Notes: generated by a model from the letters alone, not told the origin. 64,000 nucleotides of DNA from Macrostomum hystrix (GCA_950097015.1 CATNEN010000012.1:1612001-1676000), one strand, 5' to 3'. Positions 14,001 through 28,182 are shown, counted from the first letter of the stretch. Program-made: numbers and translations.

Positions 14001-15829
14001 CTGGTGGGTGAGGGGTGGGTGAGGCTCACGATGGCAAATGTAAAAAGGCACTTGGGATTCCCTTCATATTTAAACTATTTTCTTCTTCGGATGTGATTGA
14101 GCGTAACTCATGTAACACTGGAATCCACCGTGACGAAATCTATTTTTAGATCAATCTGTCTTAAGGTCTACTTTCTAATTGGCCAACGAGAATTGACCTT
14201 GACGTGTTTCAAATGGTCTCGCTCGCAGCGAATGTACTATGATATTTTACTTCCTTCCCTCAAGGTCAAGCTTCAGCTGCGGACCAATCAGACGAAAGTA
14301 AAAGTAATTTTTCAGTAGAACTACCAAGGGCCCCCCTGACAATTTTTTGCTGCACCCGAACGGAGAAACGCAAGCACATGAAACTCAAGAACACGGGCCA
14401 ACTTTTTGTTGCGCATCTTTTGAAACAAGAATCAAGTCGCCCGGTCTTCAGACCGTCAAGATAATCAATGGTTCTGGCCGAAGGTCAAATTTTTCCCATA
14501 AGCGCTAGTGTATTTCATACACCCCTATACACGAATTAGCACTGCGCCTTGCGGCCTTGCCAGGCCTTCAAAATTTATCAGCATGTCACCCGAATGTGCC
14601 TGCATCATCTCTGTCTTCGGTGGTCACCTACCTTTATCTAGACGGACTGATGGACCTTCAAGGGTTACAACTGGTGAAACTAGGCCACTATGGACGCAGG
14701 CTATTACTAAGGCCACTTAATATTAGGCGCAGCTCAACCACAGGACACTCTCGCCAAGTCTGTCAACCAATCAGTCACCACCCAACGCTGTTAGCATACG
14801 GGCGCTGCGAAAAAATCTCCCCTTAGTAAAAAATCGGGCAGCAAAATGGCTTTGTAGTCCTACTGTTAATGGTGAGTCCCATAGTCTTACTGGTATCGAG
14901 ACACTTGGTCAGCTGCAGTAGCTCAACAACGTCGTCCACTCGCTTTTTCTTGTCTTTGGCGCTCATTGAGCTGGGCAGTTTCACCTGAGAGAAGAACTGC
15001 AATTCGGAACTCGATGGGATTAGAAACAGCTCAGCAGGAATTGCATACTACTACATAGAAGAGGCGCATTCATGATGTAATTAACTCACCCATAGAGTCT
15101 GCTTCAGTGTGAGCTGGTTGAAGAATATGTCCTCCTGGGTTACATAGCCGAAGCTTTTTCTCACACGCGAAGTAATCTTTCTATTGTTAAGCAGAATGTC
15201 CCCCTCCATGGTTGACGAGGGCGGCTTCCTGCCGCAGATGAGGTTCATCAGGCTGGTCTTGCCGGAGCCTGAGGGAGAATTAGGCCATGTACTATTACAC
15301 TTCTGAGGGCATAGAAGATTAGCGACAGGGCACCTGAAAGAACCGGATTAGCAACAGTACACCAGAAGGAACAGTGGATTAGCGAAAATCCAGCTGAAGG
15401 AACATGGGATTAGCGAAAAGACACCTGAAGGAACATGGGATTAGCGAAAAGACACCTGAAGGAACATGGGATTAGGGACAAGACTCCTGAAGGAACAGTG
15501 GATTAGCGAAAATCCAGCTGAAGGAACAGTGGATAAGCGACAAGACACCTGAAGGAACATGGGATTAGGGACAAGACTCCTGAAGGAACAGTGGATTAGC
15601 GACAAGCCACCTTAAGGAACAGGGGATTAGCTCAAGAAGGAACAATGGGCTTTCGCAAGGCTTTTCAATATATGAATTTTGAATTTCAGCACTCACCGCT
15701 AGGTCCCATTACAGCCAGCATCGAGCCAGACTTTGCTGTCAAATAGACATCTTTCAGGATCTGGCGACCACCGTCCACGGTCAGATTTACACCGCGAACA
15801 CTCAGTATTTGGGTTGCTTCGTCTGTCAT
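8033..15829 (-). CDS. Half-size ABCG (White-like) ABC transporter, NBD-TMD, 10 coding exons, 653 aa
   Basis: Exons 15829-15697, 15268-15090, 14996-14891, 14000-13644, 12379-11901, 10142-10085, 9898-9684, 9202-9112, 8488-8371 and 8258-8033 sum to 1962 nt in phase, ATG to TGA. Walker [11 protein letters not shown]-loop GYVTQED, signature LSGGEKKR, Walker [14 protein letters not shown]-loop SIHQPSS, then ABC2 membrane motifs ([30 protein letters not shown]). Two acceptors (14000, 12379) were chosen by fit to family consensus. Confidence 0.92.
8545..9075. repeat. 21-bp minisatellite (ABCG intron 8)
   Basis: Unit ACTGATGGACTGGGATTAGCT. Confidence 0.95.
9345..9675. repeat. ~33-bp minisatellite (ABCG intron 7)
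   Basis: Unit approximately CCCCAGATCCCAAATCTTCAATCCCATACAATAT. Confidence 0.9.
10310..11897. repeat. 22-bp minisatellite, about 70 copies (ABCG intron 5)
   Basis: Unit AAGCATCAC(A/G)GATCCCAACT(C/A)T. Confidence 0.97.
12480..13025. repeat. 14-bp minisatellite (ABCG intron 4)
   Basis: Unit CCATCTCATCTATC. Confidence 0.95.
13355..13632. repeat. 34-bp minisatellite, about 8 copies (ABCG intron 4, next to the donor)
   Basis: Unit CAGCTGACACACCTGAACCATGTCAGATAAACA(G/T). Confidence 0.93.
15330..15640. repeat. ~31-bp minisatellite (ABCG intron 1)
   Basis: Unit approximately CCTGAAGGAACATGGGATTAGCGAAAAGACA. Confidence 0.88.
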
Positions 15830-17004
15830 ATTACTAAATACAAAATACACTATTCTGCATTTATTTCTTAGAATTCTGCTCGTTTAATGCTGTCTTCTGT
15901 TGTACTCTTATAAACCGGAGAAATATTATAACAAGGCTTGCTGACTATATATATGCACTTTATTGTTGCCGATTTAAAGAACAAATTTAGAACTGCGCAC
16001 GGGCGCCCTTTTATACAATTCGCGAGCAGAATGGCTGAATGGGCCACTATAGACGCTGGGAGTTGAAGTGGATAATAGGGTAGGGAATGTCTTGCATTAA
16101 CCGTTGTGCGTTTCACCAATCTTGTGCAATCATAATAAGCCAACACAAGTAGGACTGTCTTTTGTGAGTCACTCAGCTATCCTGGCACTGACCCCCCCGT
16201 ATTTTTAGACCCCCAGTCCTATGTACATTGGGCCATGTACATTCTTCAACATATGGGGTGTTTAAGCGACGAGAAGAGAGATAGGACTTTTCGACTAAAA
16301 AAGGACAGGAAGATACTCTTAATTATGTCTACGCTAGTTTTTATCGTTATCTTAGCAGATATTGCTTCTTTTTTGCTAGATTTTTACTACCAAAATAAAA
16401 TCATTATTTTAGCATTATCAAGCTTTCACTGTTCTGACATGGTGCAATCTCTAAAAATTATATACTTTTTACTATATAGTTGCTCGCTAAATAACCTATA
16501 TTTGCTATTTTTTTATTTTAGTTATTTTATGTACTTTTTTTTCTTCGGCCACGCATTGCGTTTGTATTATTATAGTATATGCTACTATGAAAACAGCAGC
16601 ATACATATTATTAGTTTTTTTGATGGGAGTGACGGACAACAATAAACCTGTTGTTTATCTGCACTATAGCAGGAGCATGGGGGCGATTCGATCTGTTAGT
16701 GGCATATATTTGCCAGCTTTTTTGCTATTATTTGCTATTAGAATGCCTTGTTTCAATGTAGCAGGCTCTATATCTGCCTATCCTTTTTCTTGAAACTCCA
16801 CTTCAATATCGGCATCGGCAAACTACATGCGATTTTGACATAGACGTTGAAAAAATGGAAGAAGAGAGATTTAGTAGAATTTTACCATAGAGTGTCACTT
16901 TCGAAGCACCGAGTGTTGAATCTGAAAACGAATTTCAAGATATCGTGATTAGCAGCATGTTGAGGAGCATGTTGAGGAAACAGACTGAACAGGCCATTTT
17001 AAGC

Positions 17005-18150
17005 TAAAGAGGGAAGAGGACAGTTAAAATGTGAGAAGAGAGTTGGGAGGGGAGAAGACAGTGAGGAGGGGAGAAGACATGAGGAGGGGAGAAGACATGA
17101 GGGGAGAAGACATGAGGAGGGGAGAAGATGGTGAGGAGGGGAGAAGACAGTGAGCAGGGGAGAAAACAGTTAAAGGTGAGAAGACAATTGGGAGGGGAGA
17201 AGACAGTGAGGAGGGGAGAAGACAGTGAGGAGGGGAGAAGACAGTGAGGAGGGGAGAAGACATGAGGAGGGGAGAAGACAGTGAGCAGGGGAGAAAACAG
17301 TTAAAGGTGAGAAGACAATTGGGAGGGGAGAAGACAGTGAGAAGGGGAGAGGACAGTGAGGAGGGGAGAAGACAGTGAGGAGGGGAAAAGACAGTTAAAA
17401 GGTGAGACGACAGTTGGGAGGGGAGAAGACAGTTAAAAGGTGAGAAGACAATTGGGAGGGGAGAAGACAGTGAGGAGGGGAGAAGACAGTGAGGAGGGGA
17501 GAAGACAGTTAACGGTGAGAAGACAATGGGGAAGGGAGAAGACGGTGAGGAGGGGAGAAGACATTGAGCAGGGGAGAAGACATGAGGAGGGGAGAAGACA
17601 GTGAGGAGGGGAGAAGACAGTGAGGAGGGGAAAAGACAGTTAAAAGGTGAGACGACAGTTGGGAGGGGAGAAGACAGTTAAAAGGTGAGAAGACAATTGG
17701 GAGGGGAGAAGACAGTGAGGAGGGGAGAAGACAGTTAACGGTGAGAAGACAATGGGGAGGGGAGAAGACAGTGAGGAGGGGAAAAGACAGTTAAAAGGTG
17801 AGAAGACAATTGGGAGGGGAGAAGACAGTGAGGAGGGGAGAAGACAGTTAACGGTGAGAAGACAATTGGGAGGGGAGAAGACAGTGAGGAGGGGAGAAGA
17901 CAGTGAGGAGGGGAGAAGACAGTGAGGAGGGGAGAAGACAGTGAGGAGGGGAGAAGACAGTGAGGAGGGGAGAAGACAGTGAGGAGGGGAGAAGACAGTT
18001 AAAAGGTGAGAAGACAATTGGGAGGGGAGAAGACAGTGAGGAGGGGAGAAGACAGTGAGGAGGGGAGAAGACAGTGAGGAGGGGAGAAGACAGTGAGGAG
18101 GGGAGAAGACAGTGAGGATGGGAGAAGACAGTTGGGAGGGGAGAAGACAC
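17005..18150. repeat. Purine-rich ~20-bp minisatellite
   Basis: Unit GAGAAGACAGTGAGGAGGGG with variants. Confidence 0.95.
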
Positions 18151-18614
18151 TAAGGCAAGAGTCTGTCAGAAGTGAAAGGAAATAATTTCAGCAAGTTATC
18201 TGGACTGAGCTTATTTTTTGTTAAAATTCCAGCATTCCGGTCCAATATCCAGTTCAACTCGCTCACTATAACAATGCTGATTTGCAGTGAGATCGCGACC
18301 TTCTGTTAGAATTACTTTTTCTCTCGCGCTAAAAGTGCAGTAACCGTGCCCTTTTTAGGGCGTAAAAAATGCCCTTTGAAGTTATTATATTACTCACAAT
18401 TCTGTTGAGCTGACAGAATTAGGAATTTCCTACGTTGAAGATTTTGTGTGTCAAGACAAACACAAAAGACTATTTTGTTTTGTATCTTCAGCGTAGCAAG
18501 TCATGTCTTCTATACCCACTGGTGCAAGCGTTTTTATACACTCCCGTCTTATGAATAATGTACTTATATCACTAAAGCATGAAACTATAGGTGCATAGCA
18601 CGTATGTATGTTTC

Positions 18615-19810
18615 TGGCCTGAGACACTGAAGGACACTGGTATAGCGCCTGAGACACTGAAGGACATTGGTATAGCGCCTGAGACACTGAAGGACATTGG
18701 TATAGCGCCTGAGACACTGAAGGACATTGGTATAGCGCCTGAGACACTGAAGGACATCGGTATACCGCCTGAGACACTGAAGGACACTGGTATACCGCCT
18801 GAGACACTGAAGGACACTGGTATACCGCCTGAGACACTGAAGGACATTGGTATACCGACTGAGACACTGAAGGACATCGGTATACCGCCTGAGACACTGA
18901 AGGACATTGGTATACCGCCTGAGACACTGAAGGACATCGGTATACCGACTGAGACACTGAAGGACATTGGTATACCGACTGAGACACTGAAGGACATTGG
19001 TATACCGCCTGAGACACTGAAGGACATTGGTATACCGCCTGAGACACTGAAGGACATTGTATACCGCCTGAGACACTGAAGGACATTGGTATAGCGCCTG
19101 AGACACTGAAGGACATTGGTATAGCGCCTGAGACACTGAAGGACATTGGTATACCGCCTGAGACACTGAAGGACATTGGTATAGCGCCTGAGACACTGAA
19201 GGACATTGGTATAGCGCCTGAGACACTGAAGGACATTGGTATAGCGCCTGAGACACTGAAGGACATCGGTATACCGCCTGAGACACTGAAGGACACTGGT
19301 ATACCGCCTGAGACACTGAAGGACACTGGTATACCGCCTGAGACACTGAAGGACATTGGTATACCGACTGAGACACTGAAGGACATCGGTATACCGCCTG
19401 AGACACTGAAGGACATTGGTATACCGCCTGAGACACTGAAGGACATCGGTATACCGACTGAGACACTGAAGGACATTGGTATACCGACTGAGACACTGAA
19501 GGACATTGGTATACCGCCTGAGACACTGAAGGACATTGTATACCGCCTGAGACACTGGGGTAGCGCACTGAAGGACATGGGGTAGCACACTGAAGGACAT
19601 GGGGTAGCACACTGAAGGACATGGGGTAGCACACTGAAGGACATGGGGTAGCACACTGAAGGACATGGGGTAGCACACTGAAGGACATGGGGTAGCACAC
19701 TGAAGGACATGGGGTAGCACACTGAAGGACATGGGGTAGCACACTGAAGGACATGGGGTAGCACACTGAAGGACATGGGGTAGCACACTGAAGGATATGG
19801 GATAGCGCAC
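18615..19810. repeat. 30-bp minisatellite switching to a related 22-bp unit at about 19555
   Basis: CCTGAGACACTGAAGGACATTGGTATACCG, then GCACACTGAAGGACATGGGGTA; both share ACACTGAAGGACAT. Confidence 0.95.
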
Positions 19811-20139
19811 TGAATGAGTTAACAGTTTTAAGCCTTGCTTTGAGTAGACAATTTTGTCGTAGAATGATTTAAAACCACCTGCCTAAACTCCCTAATCCAT
19901 ATCTGCGCAATTTTGCAGCGGCAGCCAATGTGCTTTTAATTTCCATTGGCCTAGAAATGGCATAAAATGTGTGGCGTACTGTTAATCAAATCCTACTGTT
20001 AGTAACACTGAAAGCAAGATTTTTTTTAGATTCTTTAATTCCAATTTGATGACATTTTTATTCTCAAGATTTCCGAATTTTCTGGAAGGTTTTCAACCTA
20101 CAAATGCATTGTTCTTTAGAGTAGGGTTTCTGTAGAATT

Positions 20140-21055
20140 CTGGTTCCTGTAGGGATCTAATTCCTGTAGGGATCTGGTTCCTGTAGGGATCTGGTTCCTG
20201 TAGGGTTCTGGTTCCTGTAGGGTTCTGGTACCTGTAGGGATCTGGTTCCTGTAGGGATCTGGTACCTGTAGGGATCTGGTTCCTGTAGGGTTCTGGTTCC
20301 TGTAGGGTTCTGGTTCCTGTAGGGTTCTGGTTCCTGTAGGGATCTGGTTCCTGTAGGGATCTGGTACCTGTAGGGATCTGGTTCCTGTAGGGATCTGGTT
20401 CCTGTAGGGTTCTGGTTCCTGTAGGGTTCTGGTTCCTGTAGGGTTCTGGTTCCTGTAGGGTTCTGGTTCCTGTAGGGTACTGGTTCCTGTAGGGTTCTGG
20501 TTCCTGTAGGGTTCTGGTTCCTGTAGGGTTCTGGTTCCTGTAGGGTTCTGGTTCCTGTAGGATTCTGGTTCCTGTAGGGTTCTGGTTCCTGTAGGGTTCT
20601 GGTTCCTGTAGGGTTCTGGTTCCTGTAGGGTTCTGGTTCCTGTAGGGATCTGGTTCCTGTAGGGTTCTGGTTCCTGTAGGGTTCTGGTTCCTGTAGGGTT
20701 CTGGTTCCTGTAGGGTTCTGGTTCCTGTAGGGTTCTGGTTCCTGTAGGATTCTGGTTCCTGTAGGATTCTGGTTCCTGTAGGGTTCTGGTTCCTGTAGGG
20801 TTCTGGTTCCTGTAGGATTCTGGTTCCTGTAGGGTTCTGGTTCCTGTAGGATTCTGGTTCCTGTAGGGTTCTGGTTCCTGTAGGGTTCTGGTTCCTGTAG
20901 GGTTCTGGTTCCTGTAGGGTTCTGGTTCCTGTAGGGTTCTGGTTCCTGTAGGGTTCTGGTTCCTGTAGGGTTCTGGTTCCTGTAGGATTCTGGTTCCTGT
21001 AGGATTCTGGTTCCTGTAGGGTTCTGGTTCCTGTAGGGTTCTGGTTCCTGTAGAA
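20140..21055. repeat. 17-bp minisatellite
   Basis: Unit GGTTCCTGTAGGGTTCT. Confidence 0.97.
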
Positions 21056-21649
21056 TCAGATCCGATAATGTTGAAGGACAAGTATGTTCAGCAGGGTTTA
21101 GTCATGTGGCCAAAGTGTCCCAATTTTTTTGCTTTGAATAATATAACGCTTTTGACAAGTTTTGTTAAAATCTAGTTTTGTTATAACCCTACAGGAGGTA
21201 TTGAATTGTGAATGAATGAATTGATCAGAATGTCTGCTGATTGAAGAATACTTCAATTTCTCGCACAAACATCCCTCTTTGCTGATCTAGCCCTTTCGCA
21301 GGACCAGAAATTCATGAGATGAATAAATTGAAGGCTGCTCAAACTGTTCTCAGAAGCGGCCCTATAAGTTGAGGGACAGAATCGGTCAGGCTTGAAGTGC
21401 TCAGAATTGAATTGATTGATTTAGCCTGTCTATCTTTGTCTCTCTAATAAGAGAAGCACCTATATTTGTTGCGTGCTTCAGTGTTTTTCTCTACAAAAAT
21501 GTTCCTCTTCTTCTTTCATAATTTCTTTTTTTAATTAACCGAACTTGACTTCAAGCTGATCAGCCAAGTTGATCACTCAAGTTGATCAGCAAGTGAAAAT
21601 TGGACAGTCCGAGTGGAAACATTATAGCTGGCTCGCACTGAGACTTCCA

Positions 21650-21790
21650 ACTACGATTCCAGCATCGATTCTAGCTGCGATTCCAGCTTCGATTCTAGCT
21701 GCGATTCCAGCTTCGATTCTAGCTGCGATTCCAGCATCGATTCTAGCTGCGATTCCAGCTTCGATTCTAGCTGCGATTCCAGCTACGATT
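21650..21790. repeat. 24-bp minisatellite, about 6 copies
   Basis: Unit ATTCCAGC(T/A)TCGATTCTAGCTGCG. Confidence 0.9.
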
Positions 21791-22004
21791 CTTTTGTGAC
21801 TCATGTTAAATTTTACCTGCTATCATAGCTGCGGCTGCAGCGATGTTTCTAGCTGAGATTCTCGCTACGATTCTTTCTGGCACTCCAGATACAATTCTAT
21901 CTGCGATTCCTTCTGCAATTCTAGCCATGATTCCTGCACAGACACAAGCTGCGATACTTTGCGGCGTGCTTTACGCAGTGAATTTGATGCATGTTATTAC
22001 ACAT

Positions 22005-24297
22005 AACACTTGAGTACATATGCGTGTGAGTATACATACACTTGAGTACATGTCCGTGTGAGTATACATACACTTGAGTACATATGCGTGTGAGTATACA
22101 TACACTGTACATATGCGTGTGAGTATACATACACTGTACATATGCGTGTGAGTATACATACACTGTACATATGAGTGTGAGTATACATACACTGTACATA
22201 TGCGTGTGAGTATACATACACTGTACATATGAGTGTGAGTATACATACACTGTACATATGCGTGTGAGTATACATACACTGTACATATGCGTGTGAGTCT
22301 ATACATACACTGTACATATGAGTGTGAGTATACATACACTGTACATATGCGTGTGAGTATACATACACTGTACATATGCGTGTGAGTATACATACACTGT
22401 ACATATGAGTGTGAGTATACATACACTGTACATATGCGTGTGAGTATACATACACTGTACATATGCGTGTGAGTCTATACATACACTGTACATATGAGTG
22501 TGAGTATACATACACTGTACATATGCGTGTGAGTATACATACACTGTACATATGCGTGTGAGTATACATACACTGTACATATGCGTGTGAGTATACATAC
22601 ACTGTACATATGCGTGTGAGTCTATACATACACTGTACATATGAGTGTGAGTATACATACACTGTACATATGCGTGTGAGTATACATACACTGTACATAT
22701 GCGTGTGAGTATACATACACTGTACATATGCGTGTGAGTATACAAACACTTGAGTACATGTCCGTGTGAGTATACATACACTTGAGTACATATGCGTGTG
22801 AGTATACATACACTGTACATATGCGTGTGAGTATACATACACTGTACATATGCGTGTGAGTATACATACACTGTACATATGAGTGTGAGGATACATACAC
22901 TGTACATATGCGTGTGAGTATACATACACTGTACATATGCGTGTGAGTCTATACATACACTGTACATATGAGTGTGAGTATACATACACTGTACATATGC
23001 GTGTGAGTATACATACACTACATATGCGTGTGAGTATACATACACTGTACATATGAGTGTGAGTATACATACACTGTACATATGCGTGTGAGTATACATA
23101 CACTGTACATATGAGTGTGAGTATACATACACTGTACATATGCGTGTGAGTATACATACACTGTACATATGCGTGTGAGTCTATACATACACTGTACATA
23201 TGAGTGTGAGTATACATACACTGTACATATGCGTGTGAGTATACATACACTGTACATATGCGTGTGAGTATACATACACTGTACATATGCGTGTGAGTAT
23301 ACATACACTGTACATATGCGTGTGAGTCTATACATACACTGTACATATGAGTGTGAGTATACATACACTGTACATATGCGTGTGAGTATACATACACTGT
23401 ACATATGCGTGTGAGTATACATACACTGTACATATGCGTGTGAGTATACATACACTGTACATATGCGTGTGAGTATACATACACTGTACATATGCGTGTG
23501 AGTATACATACACTTGAGTACATATGCGTGTGAGTATACATACACTTGAGTACATATGCGTGTGAGTATACATACACTGTACATATGAGTGTGAGTATAC
23601 ATACACTGTACATATGAGTGTGAGTATACATACACTTGAGTACATATGAGTGTGAGTATACATACACTGTACATATGAGTGTGAGTATACATACACTTGA
23701 GTACATATGAGTGTGAGTATACATACACTTGAGTACATATGAGTGTGAGTATACATACACTGTACATATGAGTGTGAGTATACATACACTGTACATATGC
23801 GTGTGAGTATACATACACTGTACATATGAGTGTGAGTATACATACACTGTACATATGAGTGTGAGTATACATACACTGTACATATGAGTGTGAGTATACA
23901 TACACTGTACATATGAGTGTGAGTATACATACACTTGAGTACATATGAGTGTGAGTATACATACACTGTACATATGCGTGTGAGTATACATACACTGTAC
24001 ATATGAGTGTGAGTATACATACACTGTACATATGCGTGTGAGTATACATACACTTGAGTACATGTCCGTGTGAGTATACATACACTGTACATATGAGTGT
24101 GAGTATACATACACTTGAGTACATGTCCGTGTGAGTATACATACACTTGAGTACATGTGCGTGTGAGTATACATACACTTGAGTACATGTGCGTGTGAGT
24201 ATACATACACTTGAGTACATGTGCGTGTGAGTATACATACACTTGAGTACATGTGCGTGTGAGTATACATACACTTGAGTACATGTGCGTGTGAGTA
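22005..24297. repeat. 29/32-bp minisatellite, 2.3 kb
   Basis: Unit GTGTGAGTATACATACACTGTACATATG(C/A), with a +3 variant ..CACTTGAGTAC.. Confidence 0.97.
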
Positions 24298-24591
24298 GAA
24301 AGCTGCAAAAAGCGTGGCAGCTAGCAAAGTGGAAAAGTTTGTCTCAACTCAAAGCAAAAATTACGCCTGCTTGACAAACGGGCGATAAAAAGCATCGAGT
24401 GTTTAACAAAGCCGACTTGCTCATGGAATTTCAATGATTGCACTTCCTGGCTGACTGGCGCCAGGGCCAGCTCTGCAGACAATGCAATGTGAGAAAGTTG
24501 AAGGAAAAACAATCTTTCTTGATTAATGACGTAATTCACGGCATGACTATAATCTAATTATTCATTCATCTACGAGTCTTTCTTTGCGGGA

Positions 24592-27500
24592 TTTGATCTG
24601 ATTATGACCCAATCTATTAGATCTGATTATGACCGAATCTATTAGATCTGATTATGACCGAATCTATTAGATCTGATTATGACCGAATCTATTAGATCTG
24701 ATTATGACCGAATCTATTAGATCCGATTATGACTGAATCTATTAGATCTGATTATGACCGAATCTATTAGATCTGATTATGACTGAATCTATTAGATCTG
24801 ATTATGACCCAATCTATTAGATCTGATTATGACTGAATCTATTAGATCTGATTATGACCCAATCTATTAGATCTGATTATGACTGAATCTATTAGATCTG
24901 ATTATGACCGAATCTATTAGATCTGATTATGACTGAATCTATTAGATCTGATTATGACCCAATCTATTAGATCTGATTATGACCCAATCTATTAGATGTG
25001 ATTATGACTGAATCTATTAGATCTGATTATGACCGAATCTATTAGATCTGATTATGACCCAATCTATTAGATCTGATTATGACCGAATCTATTAGATCTG
25101 ATTATGACCGAATCTATTAGATGTGATTATGACCGAATCTATTAGATCTGATTATGACCCAATCTATTAGATCTGATTATGACCCAATCTATTAGATCTG
25201 ATTATGACCGAATCTATTAGATCTGATTATGACCGAATCTATTAGATCTGATTATGACCCAATCTATTAGATCTGATTATGACCCAATCTATTAGATCTG
25301 ATTATGACCCAATCTATTAGATCTGATTATGACCGAATCTATTAGATCTGATTATGACTGAATCTATTAGATCTGATTATGACCCAATCTATTAGATCTG
25401 ATTATGACCCAATCTATTAGATCTGATTATGACCCAATCTATTAGATCTGATTATGACCGAATCTATTAGATCTGATTATGACCGAATCTATTAGATGTG
25501 ATTATGACCGAATCTATTAGATCTGATTATGACCCAATCTATTAGATCTGATTATGACCCAATCTATTAGATCTGATTATGACCCAATCTATTAGATCTG
25601 ATTATGACCGAATCTATTAGATCTGATTATGACTGAATCTATTAGATCTGATTATGACTGAATCTATTAGATCTGATTATGACCCAATCTATTAGATCTG
25701 ATTATGACCGAATCTATTAGATCTGATTATGACTGAATCTATTAGATCTGATTATGACCGATTCTATTAGATGTGATTATGAAAGAATCTATTAGATGTG
25801 ATTATGACCGAATCTATTAGATCTGATTATGACCGAATCTATTAGATCTGATTATGACCGAATCTATTTGATCTGATTATGACTGAATCTACTAGATCTG
25901 ATTATGACCGAATCTATTAGATGTGATTATGACCGAATCTATTAGATCTGATTATGACCCAATCTATTAGATCTGATTATGACCCAATCTATTAGATCTG
26001 ATTATGACCGAATCTATTAGATCTGATTATGACCGAATCTATTAGATCTGATTATGACCGAATCTATTAGATCTGATTATGACCGAATCTATTAGATCTG
26101 ATTATGACCGAATCAATTAGATCTGATTATGACCGAATCTATTAGATCTGATTATGACCCAATCTATTAGATCTGATTATGACCCAATCTATTAGATCTG
26201 ATTATGACCGAATCTATTAGATCTGATTATGACCGAATCTATTAGATCTGATTATGACCCAATCTATTAGATCTGATTATGACCCAATCTATTAGATCTG
26301 ATTATGACCCAATCTATTAGATCTGATTATGACCCAATCTATTAGATCTGATTATGACCGAATCTATTAGATCTGATTATGACTGAATCTATTAGATCTG
26401 ATTATGACTGAATCTATTAGATCTGATTATGACCCAATCTATTAGATCTGATTATGACCCAATCTATTAGATCTGATTATGACCCAATCTATTAGATCTG
26501 ATTATGACCGAATCTATTAGATCTGATTATGACCGAATCTATTAGATGTGATTATGACCGAATCTATTAGATCTGATTATGACCCAATCTATTAGATCTG
26601 ATTATGACCCAATCTATTAGATCTGATTATGACCCAATCTATTAGATCTGATTATGACCGAATCTATTAGATCTGATTATGACTGAATCTATTAGATCTG
26701 ATTATGACTGAATCTATTAGATCTGATTATGACCCAATCTATTAGATCTGATTATGACCGAATCTATTAGATCTGATTATGACTGAATCTATTAGATCTG
26801 ATTATGACCGAATCTATTAGATGTGATTATGAAAGAATCTATTAGATGTGATTATGACCGAATCTATTAGATCTGATTATGACCGAATCTATTAGATCTG
26901 ATTATGACCGAATCTATTTGATCTGATTATGACTGAATCTACTAGATCTGATTATGACCGAATCTATTAGATGTGATTATGACCGAATCTATTAGATCTG
27001 ATTATGACCCAATCTATTAGATCTGATTATGACCCAATCTATTAGATCTGATTATGACCGAATCTATTAGATCTGATTATGACCGAATCTATTAGATCTG
27101 ATTATGACCGAATCTATTAGATCTGATTATGACCGAATCTATTAGATCTGATTATGACCGAATCAATTAGATCTGATTATGACCGAATCTTTTAGATCTG
27201 ATTATGACCGAATCTATTAGATCTGATTATGACCGAATCTATTAGATCTGATTATGACCGAATCTATTAGATCTGATTATGACCGAATCTATTAGATCTG
27301 ATTATGACCCAATCTATTAGATCTGATTATGACCGAATCTATTAGATCTGATTATGACCCAATCTATTAGATCTGATTATGACCGACTCTATTTGATTTG
27401 ATTATGACCGAATCTATTAGATCTGATTATGACCGAATCTATTAGATCTGATTATGACCGAATCTACTAGATCTGATTATGACCGAATCTATTAGATCTG

Positions 27501-28182
27501 ATTATGACCGAATCAATTAGATCTGATTATGACCGAATCTATTAGATCTGATTATGACCGAATCTATTAGATCTGATTATGACCGAATCTATTAGATCTG
27601 ATTAGGACCGAATCTATTAGATCTGATTATGACCGAATCTATTAGATCTGATTATGACCGAATCTATTAGATCTGATTATGACCGAATCTATTAGATCTG
27701 ATTATGACCCAATCTATTAGATCTGATTATGACCGAATCTATTAGATCTGATTATGACCCAATCTATTAGATCTGATTATGACCGACTCTATTTGATTTG
27801 ATTATGACCGAATCTATTAGATCTGATTATGACCGAATCTATTAGATCTGATTATGACCGAATCTATTAGATCTGATTATGATCGAATCTATTAGATCTG
27901 ATTATGACCGACTCTATTTGATCTGATTATGACCGACTCTATTTGATCTAATTATGACTGAATCAATTAGATCTGATTATGACCGAATCAATTCGATCTG
28001 ATTATGACCGAATCTATTAGATCCGATTATGACCGAATCAATTAGATCTGATTATGACCGAATCAATTAGATCAGATTATGACCGAATCTATTTGATCTG
28101 ATTATGACCGAATCTATTAGATCTGATTATGACCGAATCTATTAGATCTGATTATGACTGAATCTACTAGATGTGACTATAA
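24592..28182. repeat. 25-bp satellite, about 143 copies, with higher-order structure
   Basis: Unit AGATCTGATTATGAC(C/T)(G/C)AATCTATT. Confidence 0.98.

Noticed and set aside
14330-14850. Possible MITE in ABCG intron 3 (TTTTGCTGC(A)CCCGA / TCGGGCAGCAAAA)
   Set aside because: Only about 13 bp of imperfect inverted match and no TSD identified.
16171-16230. ACTGACCCCCCCGTATTTTTAGACCCCC, resembling a DNA-transposon terminus
   Set aside because: No matching inverted partner found in the window.
17024-24327. Long ORFs of 300-776 aa (e.g. 18451-19788, 20116-21081, 21997-24327)
   Set aside because: They are translations of stop-free minisatellite units, open in several frames, with peptide periodicity equal to the DNA unit; no unique domain.
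24592-28182. CRISPR-like regular repeats
   Set aside because: Units are contiguous with no unique spacers, there are no cas genes, and the context is eukaryotic.
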